Part shown: one piece after another, positions 53,737-62,473 of the stretch
Numbering within the stretch: position 1 is the first letter of the stretch
Layout of the letters: each line of letters opens with the position of its first letter
IMG/VR virus record: IMGVR_UViG_3300005573_000057
Location: 64,001 to 128,000 of that record
From: a virus
Strand: one strand, 5' to 3'
Length of the DNA stretch: 64,000 bases
Position numbers and translations under genes: made by a program
Notes under the pieces: model-generated
Databases searched by the model: none
Told to the model about the DNA's origin: nothing
Seen by the model: only the letters and a program-made list of their open reading frames with translations

Positions 53737-54414
53737 ATGAAACCAAAAATCATCTTTTTTGTTCCTGGTGCCTTTTCTGGGCAAGAATCGTTCAACTTCA
53801 TTCGGCAAAACCTTGCGATTTCGTTCACAGAACCTGTTGTCACTTTTTCCTACGACATAACCGAAGAACCTCTCGAAACGATTGTTACTCGATTGGTCAA
53901 AGAAACTCAGAAGATCGACAAAGAAAAGTATGATGTGGTGATCATTGGTCACAGCTACGGTGGCTTGATTGGGAGGCTGGCTTGTTTACAATTTGCTTCT
54001 GCAAGGGAACTTATCACGATCAATTCACCGCATCATGGTTTCCCAGCCTATTCGTACAATTCGTTTTTGTTCCCCATTTCAAACATGATGTTTTACCAAA
54101 ACACCAATGAATACAACGAGTTGATCAAGTTCAATGGGCGTTGTTCATTACCAGAAGGGATACGCCATCTAAATATTACAGGAGACCGTGGGGTTGATTC
54201 TTGGTTTTTCAATACAAACGAGAACGATACTGTCGTTCCTTGTAAGTCACAAACATTGGTTACAAATAGAGTTCATTGGTATTCGTGTGAAGAATGGTTT
54301 GAAAAATCCTGTCCTGTTCATGATTTGGTGGAGATTTGTTTCCATTTGAATCATTTTGAAGTTCTTTTAGCAGAGAACGTGTGTAAATCTATCGGTATAT
54401 TTTTAGGAGTCTAA
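53737..54414 (+). CDS. Alpha/beta hydrolase (PGAP1/lipase-like)
   Basis: GHSYGG nucleophile elbow, NSPHHG, NDTVV and HFEVL. Confidence 0.85.
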   Translation: MKPKIIFFVPGAFSGQESFNFIRQNLAISFTEPVVTFSYDITEEPLETIVTRLVKETQKIDKEKYDVVIIGHSYGGLIGRLACLQFASARELITINSPHHGFPAYSYNSFLFPISNMMFYQNTNEYNELIKFNGRCSLPEGIRHLNITGDRGVDSWFFNTNENDTVVPCKSQTLVTNRVHWYSCEEWFEKSCPVHDLVEICFHLNHFEVLLAENVCKSIGIFLGV

Positions 54415-54415
54415 G

Positions 54416-54601
54416 ATGACCAATATCAAAGCGTTTTTTAAGTTGACTGTTCCGGGTCATGAAGAAATCGAAATCCCATTCGAGGATGCCGAAGTTCTTT
54501 ACGGTCAACTCAAAGATATTTTTGGAGCAAAATACACGTTTCCAATGGATAAACCCATCCCCCGTCCGTTTGGCCCCGAAGATTACAAGGTTACTTGCTG
54601 A
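54416..54601 (+). CDS. Small hypothetical protein
   Basis: RBS AGGAG; precedes a terminator. Confidence 0.6.
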   Translation: MTNIKAFFKLTVPGHEEIEIPFEDAEVLYGQLKDIFGAKYTFPMDKPIPRPFGPEDYKVTC

Positions 54602-54617
54602 ATAGCACTATTGCAGA

Positions 54618-54644
54618 TAAAGGCCCCTTAATTGGGGCTTTTTT
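54618..54644 (+). terminator. Intrinsic terminator
   Basis: GGCCCC-TTAATT-GGGGCT followed by a T run. Confidence 0.85.
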
Positions 54645-54699
54645 GTGGGCGCTTTCTTTGTACTCTAAATACTGAATAGACCTTCCAGATTTCATACCA

Positions 54700-55341
54700 A
54701 TGCAAACATTCAAACAATATTTGAGCGAAGAAGATCAGAATTTGGCCAGCATAGCCACGACTATTAACCGATGGTTCAAAGGGTACTACATGAACGCGCC
54801 TTTGACTTCATCTGATGAAGACACTATGATCAATGCCTTCCGTGAAGCCATAAAACTCATTCCTAACCCTTCTCGTCCACCGTCTAATACCCTGTATAGG
54901 GTGTTTCCTGATCGTGAGTTTAAGACCCTCCTAGACGCCGAAACGAACAAGAAGCTTGATGCTTTGAAGCCGGGACAGTTCGGAGCCTATGAAAAAATCG
55001 TGAACGACGCATTGGATGGTCGTAATGTCTCACTTAACACAGGCTTAAAAAACATTCAATCATGGTCTGATTCGCAAGATGCCGCAAAACGTGTCTATGA
55101 GGAAATTGAAGACCATCGAGTTCCTTACGTCTTGGCTCAGAGTTCGTTCAGTAATAGTGAAATTCTGTTTTATTACAAAAACATAAACGAGTTTCTTAAA
55201 GCAACTTTTAACAATCTTGGAATTACCAGTGCTATCCGCAACTCTTTGGATAACTTGAGTTATATTTTTGCCTATCAGAAAGAAGTTGTTGTCGATACCC
55301 GCAACCCACGTCCAGTCAAGATCCTGTCATTTTTCTATTGA
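54700..55341 (+). CDS. Putative encapsidated ADP-ribosyltransferase-like protein A
   Basis: MQTFKQYLSEE targeting peptide; LYR / QSWS / QKE motif triad. Confidence 0.6.
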   Translation: MQTFKQYLSEEDQNLASIATTINRWFKGYYMNAPLTSSDEDTMINAFREAIKLIPNPSRPPSNTLYRVFPDREFKTLLDAETNKKLDALKPGQFGAYEKIVNDALDGRNVSLNTGLKNIQSWSDSQDAAKRVYEEIEDHRVPYVLAQSSFSNSEILFYYKNINEFLKATFNNLGITSAIRNSLDNLSYIFAYQKEVVVDTRNPRPVKILSFFY

Positions 55342-55344
55342 TCT

Positions 55345-56043
55345 ATGAAAACATTCAAAGAATACTTGTTGGAAGCAACAACTGTTGTACAACAAGATGC
55401 AACCCCCTATGTCAATGCTGTTGCTCTATTGCGAAAATGGTTTGATGGTGATTATATGGCAATGGATCAGTCAACCTTTAGTTCGAGTCAACAAAAACTG
55501 GTCGATGCATTCAAGTTGTTTACAGACTATATCAAACCAGCAAATTTCGGCCCATCGACTTTGTATCGCGTCTTTCCAGAAGATCATTTGAAACAGTTTC
55601 TATCAGACAGTGATGTCAAGAAGTCCGAATCTTACACACAAGGAGACAAAAAAAGATTTTACAATGCGGTTCTCAAAGGAAAGAACGTCGATTTATCAAC
55701 TGGAATCAAAGAAATCCAAAGTTGGACTGAATCTTTGAGTTCGGTAAAAACTTTTCACCGAGATATTCATTTTCATCAAAAACAACATGAATGGTTTTTT
55801 CTTGTTAAAAGTTCATTTTCTGATAGCGAAAAACTATTCTACTATGGTATGTTTACACCAATTATAGATAAACTTAACGATTTTGATTACACTACTACAA
55901 AACTCAATCAGAAATGGCATGATGTTTTATTCGATTTTATTTATTTAAGACAGTCATATGAAAACCAAAAGGAAACAGTAGTTGATACCCATCAACCAAG
56001 AGAAGTTGAAATTCTTGAGGTTACTAATCCCCTTCACGCATGA
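55345..56043 (+). CDS. Putative encapsidated ADP-ribosyltransferase-like protein B (paralogue of A)
   Basis: MKTFKEYLLE; LYRVFP / QSWT / QKE. Confidence 0.6.
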   Translation: MKTFKEYLLEATTVVQQDATPYVNAVALLRKWFDGDYMAMDQSTFSSSQQKLVDAFKLFTDYIKPANFGPSTLYRVFPEDHLKQFLSDSDVKKSESYTQGDKKRFYNAVLKGKNVDLSTGIKEIQSWTESLSSVKTFHRDIHFHQKQHEWFFLVKSSFSDSEKLFYYGMFTPIIDKLNDFDYTTTKLNQKWHDVLFDFIYLRQSYENQKETVVDTHQPREVEILEVTNPLHA

Positions 56044-56819
56044 AAACATTCAAAGAATATCTTAACGAAAATAGCGGGTTGATCACTACTTCTCTTGACG
56101 AAGATCCAGAGAAGTTTCTGAATACCTATTGCAAAGCGTTTGCTAAAAGTGATGTTCCGTTGTTGTATCGGGGAAGTAGTCATTTGTACGAAGTCGGAAA
56201 AGAAAACCTTAAAAGGAATCGTCTGACTTTTTTGGATGCAACATCTTCTTATCGAGAATCGAAATCAGGCCCAAACTACAATACGATGATTCTTGATTAT
56301 CTGTTCAAAACCAAATTTCCTCAATTTCCTTTACGTTCAAAAAGTTTGATTGCTACGACTGACATTTCTTATTGTAAAACTTTTGGCCCAAGAAACCTGA
56401 TTATTCCGTTTGATGACGACAAGCTTGGTTGTGTAAATGATGGTGATATATGGTTTGTTAGATTGAATTTTACCGAATCTGTAACTTTCTTAAACTTTTT
56501 TCGGGCGCTTACCGCAGCATCTTCTGATTACAGACTACCAACTGATAATATTGATGAATTTTTTGCTGCTCTAGACAAGGGAATCAAAGAAGACAAGTTC
56601 ACAAACCCGTATATTCCAATCGTGATTCCAACAAAGGCCAAGATCATTGCAGCCTTTACAGAAGTGATTGAGAACAAATTTAGAGCATGTAAACCGGCAT
56701 CCTTCGATAATCCGGGCGAAGTATGGTTTGGGCCAAAAGCTGTCGCTGTCCCTTTTAACAATTCATTTGATTACGCATACATTGAAAGAAAAAATGGAAA
56801 GTGGGTTATCAACCAATAA
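56040..56819 (+). CDS. Putative internal head protein, divergent ART-like
   Basis: MKTFKEYLNE; LYRG / SLIATT / GEVWF. Confidence 0.5.
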   Translation: MKTFKEYLNENSGLITTSLDEDPEKFLNTYCKAFAKSDVPLLYRGSSHLYEVGKENLKRNRLTFLDATSSYRESKSGPNYNTMILDYLFKTKFPQFPLRSKSLIATTDISYCKTFGPRNLIIPFDDDKLGCVNDGDIWFVRLNFTESVTFLNFFRALTAASSDYRLPTDNIDEFFAALDKGIKEDKFTNPYIPIVIPTKAKIIAAFTEVIENKFRACKPASFDNPGEVWFGPKAVAVPFNNSFDYAYIERKNGKWVINQ

Positions 56820-56826
56820 AACTAAT

Positions 56827-57558
56827 ATGAAAACATTCAAACAGTACATAGAAGAATCTATCAATGACCGTGGAATTTTCAAGGCGGTCTTTGTCATTGG
56901 TATCCCCGGTGCTGGGAAGTCCTATGTTGTCAACCAACTTGGCGGTATTGGTGCCAAAGTTGTCAATACAGATCGAGCAACAGAGTTTTTAACCAAACTA
57001 CTCCATACTCCGTCAACCGATGATAACTGGTCTACATTTCGAGATCGGTCTTACAAGATTACCCGCGAGTATCTAGTACAGTATGTCAACGGGATGCTTC
57101 CTCTTTTTGTGGATGGAACATCCAATGATGTATCGAACATTCTGAATCGTCAGGGGATTTTGGAATCTGTTGGTTATGATGTAGGGATCGTTCATGTCAA
57201 GACCTCTTTGGATGTTGCACTACGCAGGGCAGACGAACGCGGGAAGAAGATCAACCGAACAGTGTCCCCGGATTTTATCAAGCAAGTCTATAATATTTCT
57301 GAACAAAATGCTAACTACTTGGAAGGGAAGGTTAAGTTTTTTAGGACAATCAACAACGATTCTGATGAACTTGGCGATTCGGAAATCAACAAGGCGTTTG
57401 GATCTGTGGAATCGTTTTATGGTCAACCAGTAGAAAACGTGGTTGGTCAACGCAACATTCAAAAACTCAAACAAGACCATCAGAAGTATCTGGTTCCTAC
57501 CATTTTTTCAATGGATGAAATTCAACGCAAGATAGACAGTTGGTATCGAACAGCATGA
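56827..57558 (+). CDS. Putative encapsidated P-loop kinase (AAA_33/zeta-like) A
   Basis: MKTFKQYIEE; Walker A GIPGAGKS, VN.D, VDGT and lid A..R...R. Confidence 0.75.
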   Translation: MKTFKQYIEESINDRGIFKAVFVIGIPGAGKSYVVNQLGGIGAKVVNTDRATEFLTKLLHTPSTDDNWSTFRDRSYKITREYLVQYVNGMLPLFVDGTSNDVSNILNRQGILESVGYDVGIVHVKTSLDVALRRADERGKKINRTVSPDFIKQVYNISEQNANYLEGKVKFFRTINNDSDELGDSEINKAFGSVESFYGQPVENVVGQRNIQKLKQDHQKYLVPTIFSMDEIQRKIDSWYRTA

Positions 57559-58379
57559 TCACATTCAAACAGTACCTTAACGAAGCTATTGTATCTTTTG
57601 GTAACAATCCAAAAGGACAAGTTGTTATTCTTGCCGGTGGCGCTGGATCTGGAAAGGGGTTCATTCTACAGTATGGAATCGACATTGATGGTAAACACAT
57701 TGATACGGATGAAATAAAAAGTTTGGCTTTGCGCTGGCCTCAATTACAAGATGCCGTCAAAGAAAAAACCGGCATAGACATTCAAAAACTAGATCTTCGC
57801 AACCCATCCAATACGGAACAACTCCACGATATTATGAAAAAAATGGGATGGTATGATGATCGTCTTTTGAATCTCATGGCAAGCATTGCTGCTGGTAATC
57901 CAGAAAACCGGCCAAATTTGATTTTTGATGTTACCTTGCAAAATTTTTCTAAACTTGAAACATTGTGTGATGATGTTAAATCTGTTGGGTATTCACCGCG
58001 TAACATCAATATAGTATGGGTGTTGGATAGTGTGAAAATGTCGATTCAAAAGAACCTTTCTAGGGACAGGGTTGTTCCGACTGACATTTTGGTTAAAACA
58101 CACGAAGGAGCAAGCCAAACGATGCGCGAAGTTTTAGACGACTATGATCGTGTGAAGCAATATGCCGATGGTTACTACTACATCGTGTTCAATGCTGTTG
58201 GAATTGATAATAATGTTTACCATGACTCAACAAAAGGAATTTTTGTAGATGTAAAAGGCAGACTTTTGATCAAAACTCCCGGAAATGGGATTGATCAAAG
58301 TAAATTGACAAAGGAAGTGGTCGAAAAGATCAAATCATACGTCCCCAACCCTGATATTTGGAAAGACACCCAAACTTAA
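57555..58379 (+). CDS. Putative encapsidated P-loop kinase B
   Basis: MITFKQYLNE; GGAGSGKG, D.D, IFDVT and N..R.RVVP. Confidence 0.75.
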   Translation: MITFKQYLNEAIVSFGNNPKGQVVILAGGAGSGKGFILQYGIDIDGKHIDTDEIKSLALRWPQLQDAVKEKTGIDIQKLDLRNPSNTEQLHDIMKKMGWYDDRLLNLMASIAAGNPENRPNLIFDVTLQNFSKLETLCDDVKSVGYSPRNINIVWVLDSVKMSIQKNLSRDRVVPTDILVKTHEGASQTMREVLDDYDRVKQYADGYYYIVFNAVGIDNNVYHDSTKGIFVDVKGRLLIKTPGNGIDQSKLTKEVVEKIKSYVPNPDIWKDTQT

Positions 58380-58384
58380 AAATT

Positions 58385-58780
58385 ATGGCACTCGCAACAG
58401 AAGTCAATTGGATCGACGTATCCTTATCCTTCCAGCCTATTCCGGGTTCGGGAGACATTGGAGTTAAGAAGAACGAAGAAGCCATCAAAGGGGCTATTCG
58501 GAATCTTGTGTTGCGTTCTCACTATGAAGTTCCGTTCCATAGTGAAGAAGGTTCTGATGCTGCAAACATCTTGTTTGAGACCTTCAACCCGGTTTCACTC
58601 ACAGCGATGCGTGATTCTTTAATTCGACTTTTGAGTACATACGAGCCTCGGGCGTTTGTGAACGATGTTCAAATTCTCACAAATCCCGATAATAACTACA
58701 TTATAGTAACGATCATTTTCACCCCGATCAATTCAAACAATCAGGTAACGGTAACAGTTCCGCTAAAACGCACCCGGTAA
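58385..58780 (+). CDS. gp25: Baseplate wedge protein gp25
   Basis: AIK..IRNLV....E.PF, LFE and YEPR. Confidence 0.92.
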   Translation: MALATEVNWIDVSLSFQPIPGSGDIGVKKNEEAIKGAIRNLVLRSHYEVPFHSEEGSDAANILFETFNPVSLTAMRDSLIRLLSTYEPRAFVNDVQILTNPDNNYIIVTIIFTPINSNNQVTVTVPLKRTR

Positions 58781-58784
58781 AGCA

Positions 58785-60650
58785 ATGACTACGCAGCTAT
58801 CAACAACACTCCAAAGTCCAATTCCGCTGACTGGCTTCGATAGTATCAAGGCTGATTTGATTGCTTATTTGCAATCGCTTCCGCAGTTTACTGACTATAA
58901 CTTTGCCGGATCTAATCTACAGGTTATCATCAATCTATTGGCGTATAACACGTATTACAACATTCTGTATCACAATCTAAGCATCAATGAAATGTTCTTG
59001 GATTCCGCATCCAAGCGAGATAGTGTTGTCAGTCGAGCATCCGAACTCGGTTATTTGCCTCCAAGTACAACATCGGCTGTGGCGATGGTCAATTTGCATG
59101 TCAATCCGGGGGCTTCTGGTTCCCCGGCACAAGCCGTTTTACCGGCTTTTTCTCAATTTTCTACATCCATCAATGGAACTACGTACAACTTTTACACGCT
59201 CCAAAGCTATGTCGCGCCTGTCAATACAGACGGAAGCTATGATTTTAATAACGTCACGATTGTCGAAGGAACGCCAGTCAAAAACACCTATACCTTTACT
59301 GGCAACACTTCGACTCAGATCCCAATTGTTATAGCCAATCAAAACAGTGATGTAAGTACGTTGTCTGTGAATGTCTACGCCTCTGCTGGTAGCGACACTT
59401 ATACAGTTTACAATTCAATCAATGATCTAACTTCTGTCACATCGACAACCCCGGTTTACTTTATTAAAGAAATCCGAAACCAACTGTATGAAGTGAGTTT
59501 TGGTCAGGGTGGATTTGGAATGACACCTCCGGCTAATTCGATTGTGCAATTGACATACTTGGTCAGTAGTGGCCCAGCCGCCAATGGTGCCTATGGATTC
59601 GCCTTTGTACCGAATCAATTTTTGGGCGCTACTGTTGTCGTTACAACGACCTCAAATGCCGCTGGTGGCGCTCCATTGAGTTCCTTGGACACAATTCGCT
59701 TCAATGCTCCGCGTCAGTACGCTGCCCAGAATCGTGCCGTGATTGCTGAAGATTACATTCAGTTTGCTTACCAGTATTTTCCATCGGCCCAGAGCATCAA
59801 TGCTTGGGGTGGTGAGGACAATGTTCCGCCACAGTACGGCCAAGTTTTTATTTGTGTTCAACCTACTGGCGCTGCGTTGTTGACCTCTGCCCAATCTTCT
59901 CTTTTGGTTTCCCAACTAAAAAACAAGGCAGTCACAACTATCATTCCTAAAATTGTTCCACCAGATCAACTTTTGATCAATATTACTTCCGATGTTTATT
60001 ATAATCCATTATTGACAAACAACACTCCAAATTTTTTGCAAGCTAGTGTAACCAGCACAATTTCGAACTTTGGGTCAACGATTCTAAAATTTGGGTCGAT
60101 GTTTAGATATTCGAATCTGCTGACTGCCATTGATCAAACTGATCCATCTATTCTCGGAAACACAACTTCGATTACGTTGACTCGGGTTTACAACAATCTT
60201 TATATCTACTTCGGAACAACAAGTAGCTACTCGTTTGTTCTTGGCAATCCAATCGAATATACCGGGAATCCAGAAGAAGCCATTTTGACGACCGGATTCA
60301 TGATCGCTGGTGACACGGTTAACACCTATTACATTGACGATGATGGAGTTGGAAATTTGAGATTGTTCTACTATGACATAAACCAGAACAAAACCATTAC
60401 AAATACTGCAATTGGAACGGTGGACTATAGTTTTGGCCAGATTTCAATTCCTTCTCTGAATCTTTCTAGCGTTGTTGGTGGGCAGTGGAGTTTTAACATC
60501 AAACCACAATCCTACGATGTTTATTCATACCAGTCTCAGATTTTGTCAATCAATCAATCTGCAATCAATGTCAATGTCATTGTTGATCCAACGTCCACTG
60601 GTCAACTGGTAAGTTCAACTGGTTATCCATTTAGTAGCATTCGGTCATGA
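58785..60650 (+). CDS. gp6: Baseplate wedge protein gp6
   Basis: FTDYNFAGS, LAYNT, NEMFLDSA, IRFNAP..YAAQNRAV..EDY and WGGEDN.PP.YG. Confidence 0.95.
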   Translation: MTTQLSTTLQSPIPLTGFDSIKADLIAYLQSLPQFTDYNFAGSNLQVIINLLAYNTYYNILYHNLSINEMFLDSASKRDSVVSRASELGYLPPSTTSAVAMVNLHVNPGASGSPAQAVLPAFSQFSTSINGTTYNFYTLQSYVAPVNTDGSYDFNNVTIVEGTPVKNTYTFTGNTSTQIPIVIANQNSDVSTLSVNVYASAGSDTYTVYNSINDLTSVTSTTPVYFIKEIRNQLYEVSFGQGGFGMTPPANSIVQLTYLVSSGPAANGAYGFAFVPNQFLGATVVVTTTSNAAGGAPLSSLDTIRFNAPRQYAAQNRAVIAEDYIQFAYQYFPSAQSINAWGGEDNVPPQYGQVFICVQPTGAALLTSAQSSLLVSQLKNKAVTTIIPKIVPPDQLLINITSDVYYNPLLTNNTPNFLQASVTSTISNFGSTILKFGSMFRYSNLLTAIDQTDPSILGNTTSITLTRVYNNLYIYFGTTSSYSFVLGNPIEYTGNPEEAILTTGFMIAGDTVNTYYIDDDGVGNLRLFYYDINQNKTITNTAIGTVDYSFGQISIPSLNLSSVVGGQWSFNIKPQSYDVYSYQSQILSINQSAINVNVIVDPTSTGQLVSSTGYPFSSIRS

Positions 60651-61987
60651 CCGCAATAGTCAAACCTTTAACATCGAACTTTACACCGGCTCAGGTTCCG
60701 CATTTTGTTGCGGAAAGCTACCCGGTGTTTGTTCAATTCATGCAGGCGTACTATACGTGGCTCGATAGCTATGTTCCTCGGGATCTGGAAAATGAACAGA
60801 ACGTTGATGATAGTTTGAGTGGGTTTCTGTCGCATTACAACGCAGAGTTGAACTATCTTAGTGGTATTTTCGCAGGGTTAACTCCGCAGCAATTCATCGA
60901 AATATCAAAACAGTTTTATTTGTCGAAGGGATCTGCTGCATCTTATCAGTTGTTGTTCAATCTTTTGTACAACGAAAGTGTAAGTTTGACATATCCAAGT
61001 TCTCAAATATTCAAGCTTTCGGATTCACAATGGATACAAGATCGGAGTATTTTTGTCAATATCACGGTCGGTAACGCATTCAATCTTATTGGACAAACGG
61101 TAACAATTCAAGTTGGGTCAAACAGTTATGTGGTTTTGGTGTCTGCTGTTTCTGTTGTAAACGGAACGATTTATGAGTTGTCTTTAGATGCCTCTGCCCG
61201 AAACGTTCCTATGAATTGTGTTGGATATATTGTTACAAGTTTGGTGGGGGTTAGTGGCACCGTTGTTGGAGTTGTCAACCCATTTGCATCAACCATCTAC
61301 CAAGCTGGAAACGGGTTCTCGGTTGGTCAGACTTACAATGTTCAGCCAGTAGGAAGCACTTCTTCGACCACGATTAAGATTACAAGTGTCACATCTGGCG
61401 GTGGTATTGGAAGCTTCGAAATCATTAAATTTGGATCTGGATATACGGCTCCTTTTAACGTTGTTATTGTCCCGACAACGAATTCAACTAAAGCAACAAC
61501 AACTGTTTACAATCCATATGTCGATAATCTCGGAAATTTTAGCGAAAGTGGTTATATTTTAACGTCAAACTATTGGATTGTTAATCAGTCAAATACGGCT
61601 GTTCAGTATGGAAGTGCAGATTATGTAGGTCAGGTTATTTCGTCTTTTTCTTCGACTGAAAATACTGGTCTGGCTTCAACGACAACTCCGACTAATTTAG
61701 CCATTGTTTCTTTCGGGATTGGTGGTGTAGCAAATTATCCTGGCTACTACCAGACAGCTAACAGTCTGTTGGACAATCCTGCATCTGTCTTGCAAGATAG
61801 TTTGTATTATCAGCAATTCTCGTATTTGATTAAATCGACGCACCCGTTGAGTGATTTTGAACAGTATGTCAAGAACTATCTCCATCCTGCCGGAACAAAA
61901 GTGTTTTCGGAATATGGTATTGAGACTGTATCTCCGTTTAACAACTCTCCACCGCCAATTGTACAGACAATAACAACATATCCGTAA
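60647..61987 (+). CDS. Baseplate wedge initiator gp7-like
   Basis: P.FV...YP.FV.F..AYY, FY.SKGS, LQDS.YYQQFSY and HPAG. Confidence 0.85.
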   Translation: MTAIVKPLTSNFTPAQVPHFVAESYPVFVQFMQAYYTWLDSYVPRDLENEQNVDDSLSGFLSHYNAELNYLSGIFAGLTPQQFIEISKQFYLSKGSAASYQLLFNLLYNESVSLTYPSSQIFKLSDSQWIQDRSIFVNITVGNAFNLIGQTVTIQVGSNSYVVLVSAVSVVNGTIYELSLDASARNVPMNCVGYIVTSLVGVSGTVVGVVNPFASTIYQAGNGFSVGQTYNVQPVGSTSSTTIKITSVTSGGGIGSFEIIKFGSGYTAPFNVVIVPTTNSTKATTTVYNPYVDNLGNFSESGYILTSNYWIVNQSNTAVQYGSADYVGQVISSFSSTENTGLASTTTPTNLAIVSFGIGGVANYPGYYQTANSLLDNPASVLQDSLYYQQFSYLIKSTHPLSDFEQYVKNYLHPAGTKVFSEYGIETVSPFNNSPPPIVQTITTYP

Positions 61988-62032
61988 CAGCAATTCTCCA
62001 TACCTAACTACTAAAGACTAACAGGACGGCCA

Positions 62033-62473
62033 ATGCAAGAAAGCCTTAAATTAACAGGGGAACTTGAAATTATCACTAGAGATTCTAGTGGAAAAGTCAA
62101 ACTTCACCTAAAAAAACCAAATTTGATTGTTACTGTTGGAAAAACTTGGGCAGCTAGCGCATTGATTGGGGCTGTCCCGTATATGAATGCAATTGCAGTT
62201 GGTACAAGTTCAGTCCCTCCTAATGTAAGCGATGTAGTGCTTGGGGCCGAACTTGCTAGGGTAGCGATGAATACGCCTACGTCTTCGGGATCGACGATCA
62301 CGTATACAGCAACTTTTAATAGTGGTGTAGGAACCGGAACGTGGGCGGAAGCTGGAATCTTTAATAGCACAAGTCCGACTAGCGGAACAATGCTTTCCCA
62401 TACAACATTTTCTCCTGTTACCAAATTATCAACTGATGTAACAACAATTACTTGGTCGATTACAATCAACTGA
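62033..62473 (+). CDS. Baseplate/tail-fibre-associated structural protein
   Basis: NLIV..G, IAVGT, L..E..R, EAGIFN and ITW.I. Confidence 0.75.
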   Translation: MQESLKLTGELEIITRDSSGKVKLHLKKPNLIVTVGKTWAASALIGAVPYMNAIAVGTSSVPPNVSDVVLGAELARVAMNTPTSSGSTITYTATFNSGVGTGTWAEAGIFNSTSPTSGTMLSHTTFSPVTKLSTDVTTITWSITIN

